The notes beneath the pieces were generated by a model that saw only the letters and a list, made by a program, of their open reading frames with translations, was not told the DNA's origin and did no database searches. Shown here in pieces: positions 62,654 to 62,802 of a stretch of 62,802 nucleotides of DNA (its first letter is position 1; each line of letters starts with the position of its first letter). Origin of the DNA: Hydrolagus affinis (lineage: Eukaryota); contig JAAILG010001708.1 of NCBI GenBank assembly GCA_012026655.1, positions 1 to 62,802 on the forward strand. The letters are read 5' to 3'. Position numbers and translations under genes: made by a program.

Positions 62654-62802
62654 TATGAAATGTAAGATTCATGAAGGCCTTTTTTGGCTATGTGTCAGCC
62701 CAGCTCAGTGATAACACTCTCGCTTGCCACATTGAGACTTGGAATCACATAGTTTAATTTGACACCCATTGCTGTGAGCAATTGGCTGCAGCGTTTCCCC
62801 CA

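Noticed and set aside
1-62802. CRISPR array, operon or prokaryotic defence system
   Set aside because: The sequence is eukaryotic; repeats are dispersed retroposons rather than regularly spaced repeat-spacer units, and there is no gene-dense coding structure.

Overview
Repeat-rich, non-coding vertebrate genomic DNA, either intergenic or a very large intron. The repeat content suggests a cartilaginous fish, possibly a chimaera such as elephant shark; this is an inference. No host protein-coding gene, rRNA, true tRNA or CRISPR array can be supported. The ORFs whose origin I can identify come from decayed retroelements; the rest match no protein I recognise. The window holds about 30 copies or fragments of a young ~330-380 bp tRNA-head SINE with an (ATT)n tail, older Deu-domain-type SINEs, many 5'-truncated L2-clade LINE fragments with (GTT)n tails, CR1 3' fragments, microsatellites, decayed palindromic MITE-like relics and a 100-N assembly gap. 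The most interesting signal is a small Penelope-type terminal-repeat element carrying a minimal hammerhead-ribozyme motif. It occurs three times: an intact monomer with a 9-bp target-site duplication (TSD), a 103-bp-arm inverted dimer with a 14-bp TSD, and an older decayed inverted dimer. Repeat boundaries were read by eye and are approximate (+/-10-20 bp) unless exact motifs are quoted.
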